DNA of 64,000 nt. Origin: Pseudogymnoascus verrucosus. Taxonomy: Eukaryota. Below, one piece after another: positions 34,508 through 45,696 of this stretch; within the stretch, counting starts at the first letter, position 1, and every line of letters starts with the position of its first letter. A model generated the notes under the pieces. It was not told the DNA's origin, did no database searches, and saw nothing but the letters and a program-made list of their open reading frames with translations. Position numbers and translations under genes: made by a program. The DNA lies in assembly GCA_001662655.1 (NCBI GenBank), contig KV460245.1, one strand, 5' to 3'.

Positions 34508-35554
34508 CGTTCCTCAATTGCTGACTTGGCTGTGATGTCCAGTCAGTAGCTGAAATAAGTTTTTATCGTTTGTTTTGCACAAAGGATGGTTGACATTGAT
34601 GAAGGTGATGTGTGGAGGTGCTAATAGGATTGATGCAGTCTAGCAAACTAGGGCGTAGATGATCGCATGAAAAAGCATCGTAGAAACACCCCCACGAATT
34701 TCGCCAAACTCAAACGAGTGGCTGCGACCTTAATGATCGAGAAAGAACCCTAATGATGATAAAATAGAATACTTACTTTGATGATTCCATCTATTGCGAG
34801 AAGTGAGTTGATGATGATGAAGAGGATGAAACAACTACCCGAGGAAGTGAAGTGATGGTGGGTGAATTTCTTTGTTAGGGAGATTAGGAGAGATTCGCTT
34901 TTGACAGACTGGCAGGTTCGTCGGCTAGGGCGGCCCTCAAACGGCGAAGGGTGAAAGGAGAGTAAGCGAGGCGAATAGGAATCAAACTAGGAGTACGAGT
35001 TGACAAAGAATGTTAAATGAATGCGCTAGCCACTGTGGCAGAAGCTGCGGGCGCCTAGGTAGTTGCGAGAGTCGGACCAGTCAGGGTAAGCGTCGTTAGG
35101 TTAAGGCAACCTCAAACAAATATTTGACGATCACCTGGGGAAAGGAGGAGGGCTGTGTTGTTGAGTTGGAACAGGATAATGTCTCGATGGTGTTGAGAAA
35201 TTGAAGTGAAGTAAGTAAAGTAACCTTAGAGAAACTATACTGTAGTAAGATTACCTCTGTCTATACAAGGGTACCTCGTAATGTAACAAATATGCTCTAT
35301 TCTACTAGAATATGAGTGTGTCAGTAGTTCTTACCCATTCCGTACGTACCATCTCACCTAACCGTCATCTTAGGAAGCGAGATCCGATAATCCCTCCCTA
35401 GTAGTTTTAGCCTAAGGCTCCACTCTACGCCTACACACTGCCAAGTTATTGTCACTTAACACACCTAATTTCACCAAACGATCACAACATAATTTGATAT
35501 TTGGCACCAAAGTGTTGTTGCTTTGTTTCTGGTTTCTTTATGGCACACAAACAG

Positions 35555-35592
35555 TGGTCATGGTCATCGTCATCGTCATCGTCATCGTCATG
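35555..35592. repeat. (GTCATC)n hexamer microsatellite
   Basis: About six tandem units. Confidence 0.8.
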
Positions 35593-35939
35593 ATCCATAT
35601 AGTGTGAGTCACAAACAACTCTATATTATTACCTAGAAGAGAGATACATCCATATACCAGCGCCAGTTGCTTAATCTAGCGCATGATACTATATGTACAG
35701 TACATATAGACATCCCATCCCTTAATGCAATAGCCCGAGTCATTTAGCTGCCTGTAGCCTGTATTACTTACTATATGTTGTGTACGTTGTCTATTAACAT
35801 ATCTACAGCAACTTATTCCTTAAGGCACCGACAGGGTTACTCAAACAAAGGTACTTCAGGCAGTAGTCGGTGCATTATAACGATGCAACCGGAACTTTCA
35901 TTGGGTCTTCGCTTATAGCTTACAACTGCTTACCGCCCG

Positions 35940-37346
35940 TCACCGCTTACCGCCCCGACCCCTCCCACGTCCCCTTCCCCTTCCACGCCCACCACCACCC
36001 CGTTTCCCTCCCCTAACCCCTCCTCCGCTTCTATCAAACCTCCCATAAAGACTCTCCTCCCCGAACGCCGCCTCGCTCATATTCAGGTAACTGATGATCC
36101 CCTGGTCCACCACCGCCAGTATCACATTCCGAAACCCGTGTTTCAGTCTCTGATAGCTCTTTGCATCCCCAGCCCACTCTTTCTTCGGCGGATCCCACGG
36201 CGTGCTCTCTAGAAGGCCTGCGATCTCCTCCAGCGTCGGCACACCGGTATCTCTGGCGGACACGACGGCAATCCGGAAATCAGGCTCCCCCGGATTCGAT
36301 TTTGCGAATGTGGGAATGCGGATCGGTTTCCAGATGTGAAAGGTAACCTCTAGCTTTGGTGTAGGGCGGACGGTGCTGGGAACAGGTGAGGGTTTGTGAA
36401 CGGGGATGATGGAGAGTTGTTTGTAGATCTGGGTATAACTCCTGTACAAGCCGGGTTGAACAAGAGGTCCGTAGGGGGCTGGAATTTTGGGTTCGGATGC
36501 GAATATTTTGCCAAATAGCCAGCTGAAAAGGCTGGATGACTCTTGTGGGTGGGGAGTCTCCTCGGATGTGGTCGCTGCTGGTGGTGCTCTGGAAACAACA
36601 TATCCCGTCCTCTTGAGATTCGCATAAACCTGGTATGTCTCCATGCTCACCAACCCTTCTCCCTCCCCGATAAACAGACTGTATGCGGCCTGCAAGCTTA
36701 ACGGGACACCATCCTCTGTTCCCTCCTCCAGGTCATAATTCCCCGTCTGGGACCGCACAGCCTGGAGCGGCCGTGACGGCCACCACAAGTCCAGATTGCC
36801 TCTCTCCACCAGATATAGAGTCTCTTCAGGCAGCAGCCACAGCTTCGCCGACTTAGTTCCCATAGGTGTCTTCCCCATAGTTCGGAAATGAGTTCCCTTG
36901 CTCGATTCCACCATGACCGTCATATCTCTGTCCAATCCCCTCCCTCTTATAGACGGATCGAGGATATCCACTGTCTCTTCGTCCTCCTCTTCCTTCCCTT
37001 CTTGTGTATCCTTATCCCTCCTCTTCTGTGACCTTGGCTCTTGAACTCCATCCCCAAAATACCACGCGCGCACCGAAGACTTCGGGCCATGCGATCTCGT
37101 ATAGTCGAGCGCATCATGCATCGCCTGCCTACTCGCATCCAAAATCGATTCCTGATGTTTCGTCCCATGCGGTTCAAAGTCCTTCTCTCCCCGTTTCGGG
37201 ATCGTGCCCTTCCCACCACTTGAGCTCATCGCCGCGATGAAGCGGTAATCCTGCACCTCATCGTCTGGGTCGAAGTTCTCGTCATGCTGAGGGCCCTTGG
37301 AGAGAGTCGTCAATGGCGCATCCTCATCCATCGTCGCTTCCGACAT
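35940..37346 (-). CDS. SEN54: tRNA-splicing endonuclease subunit Sen54
   Basis: IPKRGEKDFEP, GTHFRTMG, WLLPEETLYLVERG, PLSLQAAYS, YQVYANLKRTGY, F.KSNPGEPDFRI, LAVVDQG.ISYL; ATG 37346. Confidence 0.93.
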   Translation of the reverse strand: MSEATMDEDAPLTTLSKGPQHDENFDPDDEVQDYRFIAAMSSSGGKGTIPKRGEKDFEPHGTKHQESILDASRQAMHDALDYTRSHGPKSSVRAWYFGDGVQEPRSQKRRDKDTQEGKEEEDEETVDILDPSIRGRGLDRDMTVMVESSKGTHFRTMGKTPMGTKSAKLWLLPEETLYLVERGNLDLWWPSRPLQAVRSQTGNYDLEEGTEDGVPLSLQAAYSLFIGEGEGLVSMETYQVYANLKRTGYVVSRAPPAATTSEETPHPQESSSLFSWLFGKIFASEPKIPAPYGPLVQPGLYRSYTQIYKQLSIIPVHKPSPVPSTVRPTPKLEVTFHIWKPIRIPTFAKSNPGEPDFRIAVVSARDTGVPTLEEIAGLLESTPWDPPKKEWAGDAKSYQRLKHGFRNVILAVVDQGIISYLNMSEAAFGEESLYGRFDRSGGGVRGGKRGGGGRGRGRGRGRGRGGKR

Positions 37347-37595
37347 GGCGTGTTTCGTTACAGTTTCCGCCTTTGTGGAATGTTCGTGTGACTGTGACGG
37401 CGGATGGCTCAGGGCCGTCGATAAGGCTTTGGCGATAAATAAAATATCCGCGAGGCTGAGATTCACTTGCGTCGGCCTTGGACAAGCAAGGTGTGGGTGG
37501 GCGGGGTGTTGTGTTTTGTTTTTTGTACTTTTTGTACTTTTGTATTGTTTTCTTGCCTAGTGTACCTAAGTATGCCTGGAAAATCAATCTAGTCT

Positions 37596-37698
37596 GGGAG
37601 TCTGGCCGAGTGGTTAAGGCGCTGTGTTTAGGTCATCCGCAAGGAAACCTTGATTCCCGCAGTGGGAAACCGCGCAGGTTCGAATCCTGCGGCTCTCA
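37596..37698 (+). tRNA. tRNA-Leu(TAG) with a 24-nt intron (37633-37656)
   Basis: Acceptor GGGAGTC/GGCTCTC-A, A-box TGGCCGAGTGGTTAAGGC, anticodon stem CTGTG/CGCAG with TAG at 37629-37631, variable arm GG-GAAA-CC, B-box GGTTCGAATCC. Confidence 0.93.
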
Positions 37699-37699
37699 A

Positions 37700-37707
37700 T
37701 TTTTTTT
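37700..37707 (+). terminator. RNA polymerase III T-run terminator
   Basis: T8 immediately after the tRNA 3' end. Confidence 0.8.
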
Positions 37708-38022
37708 GATTCACTCAAGTTTTTATATTGGATGAAACATACATAATGCTATCGAGGGAAACACTAGGCATTTTTTTTACTAAAAAATATCACATACAAA
37801 TGAACAAAGCATGTTAAAATATTGGTTATCCGTTGAATGGTAGGTCTACCCCGGCTAGGGTTACTAATCGCAAATTATATGCGAGATATTATTAAATAAG
37901 AGGTTAAATATCAATTATCAATTGACATAATGTACATTAATTAAGTCTCGTGGAAAAATATTTACTAACTCAATAGTTATTCTAATTTGATTTATTTACT
38001 CTTTAGTATTCTACTTTACTTT

Positions 38023-39562
38023 CTATGCACTCTTGGCCTCCTCATCCTTTCTATCCTGCTCAGCCTTAACATCTGCGGCATGTCCCTCCTCATAACCCTC
38101 TGTCTTGATATCATTCAATCCCAAGTCCTCTTCCTCCTCCGCAGTCCTTTCGTACTCCTCCGAGGTAATCTGAGGATCATCATCGGGGCTGCAGAGATTC
38201 TGGACGTAGCTGCTTGCGAGAGGATCGCTCAGGATAACTGTGAACTTTACTTCGCCCTTGATTGCAGCGTCGATGCCATCAAAGAACTTAGTCCAGCTCT
38301 CTTGCTGGGTAGTTTGCAATGAATCCCCCCCAGCGTCGCCGACATCAAAGATCTGATTCTTAAGGTCGTCGCGGATCTGTGTCAGAAGGCCCTCAACCGT
38401 TGTGAATCGTCCTCCGAGCGTTCCGGGGTTGACGGATAACTTGAGCTCCGGGCATTCAAGGGCGCAAGACTCAGACTTCAGAATGTCTCTGGCCAGGTCA
38501 ATCTCGCTCTCAACCTTCAGCGTGATTTTCTTTCCCTTCTCTGGAACTTCACCGCCGGTCTTAACTTCGTTGGAGCGATAGCCGCATAGGTCGCAGACAG
38601 TCGACATGATAACAACTTGCTTGAAATGGGGAATTTCCACCATCTTCATGTGGGTAGTGCAATGCTTGGTGCACCCAGGACATGTTGCTGGGAAAGAGTA
38701 GACCTCGTTGGGGATAATATCATCATCTTCCATTGCGGCAGCTGCACCCCCGGCCGCATTATTCTCCTCATTGGAACCATCACCCAAACCAAGCGCCTCA
38801 TTCTGCTCTGGCGTTCTAGGATACTCTGTGCGTAGCAGTTTTCCAACACCATCTGTTTGATCTGGCTCAATCAATGAATTCCCGGAGGGGTCATCCAGAG
38901 AGACGCGGAAGGGGAATGCCACCCCGTCCAGCATCTTTCGTCCCTTGACAAGAATCGCCTCGACAGCGGTATAGACCTCTGGCTGTTGCTCTTTTCTTGC
39001 CTTCTGGCCAACCTCCAGATCTTCCAAAATCATGCTTAACAATCCCTCAACGTTGCTGAGTTGTCCGCGGCCGGCGGGTACCTCGACGTCCAACTCGATA
39101 AACTTCACCACGCACGTATCGCTCTTGACAACTTGACGGGCAAAGTCTGCCAGGGAAGTGAGTCGCAACTCGCAGTGGATACCCTTCTGTTGAATTTCGC
39201 CGGCGGACTGAATCTCGGAGTTTTTGAAACTGCAGTGCGGGCAGTTGAAGGACATAATGATGATTTCGCGGAAGAAAGGGATTCGAGTGAGGAGAAGTCG
39301 AGTGATACCCTATCGCAATAATATTAGAAATATTCATGACATTCAGCAATAAGAAGATACATACATTTGCGTGGCAGTTCATGCACAGACTCTCGATCTC
39401 GTCCACAACCTTCTGGTCCTCTTCCTCTTCCACGGCGGGAGTCGCATCTGTCGCATCCTTGGCCTTGGAGGAGTTTACTTGCTCAGCCTTCGACCCGATG
39501 CTGTCGAAGAAGTCATCGAAAGCCTTGCCATCCGGCTTGGGGTTACTCTCTGGAGAAGACAT
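38023..39562 (-). CDS. ZPR1: Zinc finger protein Zpr1 (eEF1A chaperone)
   Basis: Two C4 zinc fingers (CMNC..CPHC; CPGC..CDLC), IPFFREII, GGRFTTVEGLL; intron 39310-39364. Confidence 0.95.
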
Positions 39563-39830
39563 ATTGATGGTTTGTTGTTTTGAAAATTATATGATTGCTG
39601 ACGAAGAGAGAGCGTTTTGGCGGCGGGGTTCCACAAAATTTTCTGTGACGTTGTGGCGAGGCTGAGCCTTTTGGTTTGTTACCCCGCGCTAGGGCTCCAC
39701 CGACGTCCACCAATGTCCACCAACGTCCACCAACTGGACAGTGCCTGGCGCCAGGCCAAGCTGGGTGGTGAACTGAATCGGTGAAGTGCAATGGCTGGTA
39801 ACTGGCTTATAACGTAACATAAAGTGGCCC

Positions 39831-40454
39831 TTAACCATTGTTCATAAGATCCATAAGATCCAAACCAAAGCCACTGCTTGAGTTTTGTGAGGCTTCCTTG
39901 TTTTTGGCCAACAAGGCTTGCAGACCTCCCTGCTTCCGGCTCTTCGCTCTCTTTCTGCTGCTAGCATTCGCTGACGGCGTTGTCGGAGTTGCAGCTTGCG
40001 ATTCGGAGGCGCTGGTAAGGCGCTCTGGGGCTTCCCCTGAGGTTAGGTTTGACTGTTCTGCGCGACGAGAGGCTATCCGTGGGAGAGCTGTTGTAGTGAT
40101 AACTTGGCGAGTCTCACGTTTGCAACGGTCACAGGTGTAGACCATGGAACGCTCTGCTGCCTGGGTGATAGCACTTGCCTTCCTCTTGCGAGTTTGCCGA
40201 CTCCTAGGTGGGCGCTGCACCTCATTCTTGACCGTGCTGGTCCATCCTGGGGTCATTATGTTACCGCAACCACCGCATACATGCCTTCGGTGAGAGTCGG
40301 ACTGGTTGATATCGTTTGAGAACATTAATAGGTTACATCTCGACATGAGGTGCGATGAAGAGCCAGGTGCTGAAAATGCCATTAGATGAGCCGCGTCGGT
40401 CAAATATTTCAGCTGTGCTGACAAGGCTCCCGCAGCCCCCGGATCTTGAGCCAT
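39831..40454 (-). CDS. RNase P/MRP subunit, Rpr2/Rpp21/Snm1 family
   Basis: LKYLTDAAHL, RRHVCGGCGNIMTPG, YTCDRC zinc ribbon, basic C-terminus. Confidence 0.8.
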   Translation of the reverse strand: MAQDPGAAGALSAQLKYLTDAAHLMAFSAPGSSSHLMSRCNLLMFSNDINQSDSHRRHVCGGCGNIMTPGWTSTVKNEVQRPPRSRQTRKRKASAITQAAERSMVYTCDRCKRETRQVITTTALPRIASRRAEQSNLTSGEAPERLTSASESQAATPTTPSANASSRKRAKSRKQGGLQALLAKNKEASQNSSSGFGLDLMDLMNNG

Positions 40455-40827
40455 CTTCCTTTAAATCCTCGGCTTATGATGCGCGGTTTGAAGGTTTGTG
40501 CAGGGGCAGGATTGAAGTTTCGGTCAATCAAGCCAAGCTTTTATATTTCTTCAGCCTCGCAGGAACAATGGTCACGTGAACGTACGTGTCTCGGACGAAG
40601 GTTAATTGAAGCTACATAAACATGCATTTGGTTTGCTTGAAGAATTGTATAGATGAAAAATAGCTTCTCCAATATTGGTTAAGATAGGACCGAGCATAAT
40701 CTCGAAAATTAGGTCCACTTGAGTAAAAATTGGGTTTGTGACGTCTCGTGAAGTTTGGTCAGCCTTGCGCGAGCTTGAATCCTCATCCGCCGTTTTAATC
40801 CACCAGGCATTCCCAAGATACTTTGCT

Positions 40828-42626
40828 ATGGATAACTCTCTGCAAGATATACATGGCCTAAGGGTTGCCGTGGAAGGCTGTGTAAGCTTACAGAAACTCC
40901 AGCCTTTGCTAAAACTAACTTAATCGCAGGGCCATGGCACATTGAATGCCATCTACGCCGCAACAGAGAAGGCCTGCGAGGAGAGGGGCTGGCCAAATGT
41001 TGACTTGTTGATCATTGGGGGAGATTTCCAGGTTAATATTCCGATTTAGCTTATCTGTAATTGATCTGACAAGTCTAGGCTGTTCGAAATGTCCTCGACC
41101 TGACTGTCATGTCAGTCCCCGCTAGATTTCGGGAACTGGGCGACTTCCACGAATACTACAGCGGCATTCGCAAAGCCCCTTATCTGACAATATTCGTTGG
41201 AGGCAATCATGAAGCAAGTAGTCATTTGTGGGAACTTTACTATGGTGGCTGGGTGGCACCGAACATCTATTATATGGGAGCCGCCAACGTGATGCGACTC
41301 GGCCCTTTGCGCATATCAGGTATGTCTGGGATATGGAAGGGGTACAACTACAACAAGAGTCACCACGAGCGGTTGCCATATAACCAAGATGATATCAAGT
41401 CTATATATCATATCCGAGAGCTGGATGTTCGGAAACTATTGCAAGTACGGACACAAGTTGATATCGGTATCAGCCACGATTGGCCGAGAGCAATCGAGAA
41501 TCATGGCAATGCTAAAGCTCTATGGAGAATGAAACCAGATTTTGAGAAAGAATCTAGAGATGGGACGCTTGGTAGCCAGGCTGCTACATATGTTCTTGAC
41601 CGACTACGTCCCCCGTATTGGTTCGCGGCGCATATGCATTGCAAATTTGCTGCGACCAAGATCTACAAGGACGAGACTGCAGATTCTACGCCACAAACAA
41701 TCGCAACACCAGCAGCTGCGGCCACTGATAATATCGTCCCAACCGCAACAAAGAATGAAGAAGAGATAGACCTCGACATGGACGATGACGACGAGCCTCC
41801 TGCACCCGCACCAAAACCAGAAGTGGCCCCAGCTACCACAAAGCCTACCGACTCCATTTCCGACGACCTCCGTGCCCTCCTCCCTGCATCATTTTCCCGC
41901 CCTGCTCCCTCTTCTCGCTTGCCGCCTGGCCAACCAGTCCCCGAAACCATTTTCAATAGCACCGTCCGCTTCCTCGCTCTCGACAAATGCCTCCCAGGCC
42001 GCAAATTCCTCCAATTACTCGAAGTTTCGGCCTCCTCGCCTCCAGCGCCGAATTATCCCCCTCTATCCGCCGAGAGCGGCGCTGATGGATCTACCGGGGC
42101 GTCTGGCTGGCCTCGGTACCATTTATCGTACGACCCAGAGTGGCTCGCCATCACACGGGCCTTCTCACCGTCATTGGTCCTCGGTGATCGTGATGCTCGG
42201 CCGCCTTCTGATTTAGGCGAAGAAAAATACAGGGAGCTTATCAAGGCAGAAGAGGTGTGGGTTGAAGAGAACATCGTTAAGAAGGGGAAGCTACAGGTGC
42301 CCGAGAATTTCGTCATCACGGCGCCAGTGCAAGATGGTGTCCCTCCAACGCTTAATATCAGTGAGCAGCCGAAGGAATATAATAACCCCCAGATGGTGGC
42401 GTATTGTGAGTTGTTGGGAATCGAAAATAAGTTCTTTGCGACGGATGAGGAAAAGGAGGCGAGGGCCGCAAAAGGGCCGGCGCCTGCAGAAGTGAGGAGG
42501 GATGGGTTTGGTGGCGGGAGAGGTGGAGGCGGTGGACGTAGAGGTGGTCGAGGGAGAGGCGGTGGATTTGGTGGGAATAGAGGTAGAGGAGGTGATGGTG
42601 GCAGGGGGAGAGGGAGGGGCTATTGA
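40828..42626 (+). CDS. DBR1: RNA lariat debranching enzyme
   Basis: VAVEGC | GHG, IGGDFQ | AVRN, GGNHEAS, YGGWVAPNIYY, SHDWP, WFAAHMH, FLALDKCLP; introns 40882-40929 and 41032-41078. Confidence 0.95.
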
Positions 42627-43102
42627 GAAGAGAGATCATGGGTTTTTTGGAGGAGGAAATACAATGCCATCAAGGATGTAAGTGTATGGCAAAAGCACCA
42701 GCTTTACTTTACTGTAGCTAGCTTAGAATATACCCCAACTAATAAAGCCGAGGCTATTGCATAGCTACGACTTCAACTTTGCTTTGGGACGTATATGTTC
42801 TGCCATCAGCTATGCACATCCGACTCATGTAAGGCTCAGTGGGATGCAATGTTGTGATGGGTGTATGTACATTCTATATCCTCATCGTGCAACCTGGAAA
42901 TATATCTCCAACCCGTTGCAGCACAAGGTCTCTAAAACATATCTCGCCTATCTATCATTTGAAGTTGCCATAAATCTATTTGAATATAGCAAAGAAATAT
43001 ATCCCCAGCAAGAAAAGTCCAGGCCCCGTAGAAATCGTAGGGCCGGCCAGAAAAGAGGGACCGGATTTTATAATTTTTTATAATTATCCGTACTCAATGT
43101 AC

Positions 43103-43455
43103 CATCATCTTTAGACGTCAACCTCAAGGAGAGAGTTAGGAGAACGCATATGCTCAGATGGGATGTTTTGTGGACATAAGTCCAGCTTGGTTCGCCTCAT
43201 TCGGCGATAACAGACACATGATCGGGAGATGTGCGAATGGTTGTAAAGTATTGTTCATTGAATCTATTTGTAAGGTAGTAAAAAAGACAGAAATGGAAAG
43301 GAATGTATCCCCTGGAATAAGGTCCTTCTTCTATACTCGGCTTTCTGCAAGCCTGGAAGAGAACAGAATTAGAGGGAGTTATGTTTCTTCCATCATCTAT
43401 AGACGTTCATGCTCATGGAAGAGTGGAGAAGAACGCATATGCTCAAATGGATGTC
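43103..43455. repeat. Degenerate ~65-bp direct repeat pair, 288 bp apart
   Basis: CATCATCT(T/A)TAGACGT...AGAACGCATATGCTCA(G/A)ATGG at ~43103-43168 and ~43391-43455. Confidence 0.6.
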
Positions 43456-43671
43456 GAGCACCAAGCTCGTACACTTCATCTCACCCCGTAAAACATACCA
43501 GAATTTTGAAATTGTACTTGTATTAATAGTCGTCTGTAGTACAGTTGCGTCCTACTTCTCGGACGGTTTATGCGCCATGGCAACCTGTCGAACGCCAGCC
43601 TCCATCCCAGATGCTCCAGCCCGCCATCTATCGTATATCATTACATGAGGTCATTAGAAGTAATGGCTGGT

Positions 43672-44368
43672 TCAAGCTGCAACAACACGTTAGCTGATAA
43701 GATAATTCGAGGGGACATGAAGACTCACTGTCCAGATAATCCGCCGCCATCAGCAGCTCCAAACACAACTCTGGAGGAATATGCATATCCTTCACCCCAT
43801 CCCTATCCCGATTGACGTAGTTATAGTAAAAGTACTCTGCGACCTTCTCAAGGACTATGCCACTGTAGTAACCAACAACCGTCAGCATCTGCCTCTATCG
43901 ATCCCACAACCCACGCACTCGCACAAGGGCAGGTGGCAGAAAAGGCCTCAGATCAAGTGTAATGGCATCTCATCCAGCCCCCATAATCCTCATCCTCCGT
44001 GCGAGGCAGAAAGAGGGTCTGTAAGAGCTCAAATAGCTTCTTCATCACCGACCCGACAGTCTCCTCACCCACCTTACTCCAGCAGCACAAACGTAGGGTA
44101 TTTACCTGATTTCCTCAAACACGCATCTATTCTTCACGCTCTCCTCAAATCCACCTGCCCGCCGTCAGTCCGTTCCCAGTGTCTTGTATAGCAAAAAAAA
44201 GCAACGCAACGCGTGCGTGTGTGGTGGACTGGACCTACTCTTCGGATCCAGCATCCGGCGAATGGCGCCGCTGATGCAGGCAGCCTCGCGGAGAACGACG
44301 AACTCGAAGCCGTCGTAGCTCACCAGCGTCACCCATCTGCTCAGCTGCTTTTCGCTCGAGTCTGCCAT
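43672..44368 (-). CDS. ELC1: Elongin C
   Basis: VTLVSYDGFEFVV, SGAIRRML, VLEKVAEYFYY, IPPELCLELLMAADYL; introns 44155-44238, 43863-44105 and 43677-43728. Confidence 0.95.
43943..44055 (-). ncRNA. Intronic box C/D guide RNA, predicted to target U2 snRNA
   Basis: C box GTGATGA (44048-44042), D box CTGA (43951-43948), terminal stem GGGTC/GGCCT. Guide ATTACACTTGAT is complementary to U2 AUCAAGUGUAGU. Lies in the oversized ELC1 intron 2. Confidence 0.82.
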
Positions 44369-44635
44369 TTTTCTTGTCCTGTGGCTTTGGGGGGTTGGAG
44401 GTGCGAAGGGAGTGGAATTCTCTGCGTGTGGGAGCTTGGAGGTTGATGTGGGGATGTTCCAAGAGGCTTGGTATTAGGTTGGTGAGGAGCCTAGCGGCCG
44501 CGTTGATTTGATGTCACGTGAATGTTTCTGATATTGGGCCACAGCAACGACTTCCATCGGCCATCATATATATATCTTGAATTAAGGGACTATTATCCGG
44601 TCTTGATATCATTCTGAAGTTGAGAATTTATAATC

Positions 44636-45696
44636 ATGCCCCGCCCCGTCATCACCCGCCAAGGAACTAGGTTCTACCGGTCTCTGAGAAAGGCATTTTC
44701 ATCTGTGGGAACTGACAAAACCCCTATTAAGCATGTTATTATCACCGGAGCTTCGGGTGGAATTGGCAGAGCCATAGCATCACGTTTTGCATCAGAGGGC
44801 GCAAAATGCACTCTGATTGGGCGAACGGAGTCAAAGCTTCAAGCATCCCTCAGGGAGCTATCAACTCTGAGAGACCACCGGATTGTGGTTGGAGATGTGG
44901 GAAAAGAGGCATTTTGGAAAGATCTCGCAAAGAAAATGGTAAGTGACAAGGAATGAGCAGATGGAATATAGCGCTGATGCAATATAGAAGGAGGATAAGG
45001 ACCATTGCGATGTTCTGGTTAATGCAGCGGGAATAACGCACTATTCGCTGTTGGTCCGGACGCCGGCGGCGACAGTGGATGAGGTTATTGATACGAATCT
45101 GAGAGGCACCATTTTGGGATGCCAGCATATGATCAAGGACATGATGAGGAAGAAGACAGGCACGTTCAAGTCATGTGCTTCGCAGAGCCCCTCATACTAA
45201 CGGGATTATGTGACAGGCTGTATTATCAACATCGCATCTCTACTCGGAGTCAAGGGTGGCAGAGGAAGCTCTGTTTATGCTGCTTCAAAGGCAGGGGTTT
45301 TAGGTAAGTCACCACCCAGCGAATGTCATTGCCAAACTATTCTAACATTTCCAGGATTCACAAGAGCTCTAGCCGCAGAAGCAGGGCCATCAGGCGTCCG
45401 CGTAAACGCCGTTGTGCCCGGCTACATAGAAACCGAGATGACATCAGGTACGAGCAATTATTCTTCATTAATTCTTAAGTTATCCTCCTCCTACAGGCGG
45501 GGTATATCTGACTACCAGTGGCTAATATACATATCCAGGCATGGAGCCTGCCCTTTTTGAGTCCACTAAGAACGCCATACCCCTGCAACGTTTCGGTACC
45601 GCCGAAGAGGTTGCTGATGCCGCTTTCTTCCTAGCCGCTAACCAGTATGCCAATAACTGCACCCTCAACCTTGATGGAGGTCTGAGTGCGGTATGA
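44636..45696 (+). CDS. SDR, 3-oxoacyl-[ACP] reductase-like (probably mitochondrial, OAR1/CBR4-like)
   Basis: Arg-rich presequence, TGASGGIG, VNAAG, YAASK, RVNAVVPGYIET; introns 44939-44987, 45160-45216 (GC-AG), 45304-45354 and 45448-45538. Confidence 0.88.

Noticed and set aside
37347..37466. ORF-track N-terminal extension of SEN54
   Set aside because: Begins at GTG; the eukaryotic start is the ATG at 37346.
37710..38020. AT-rich patch after the tRNA as a RIP-degraded transposon
   Set aside because: Short, with no repeat partner or element hallmark in the window; compatible with terminator DNA.
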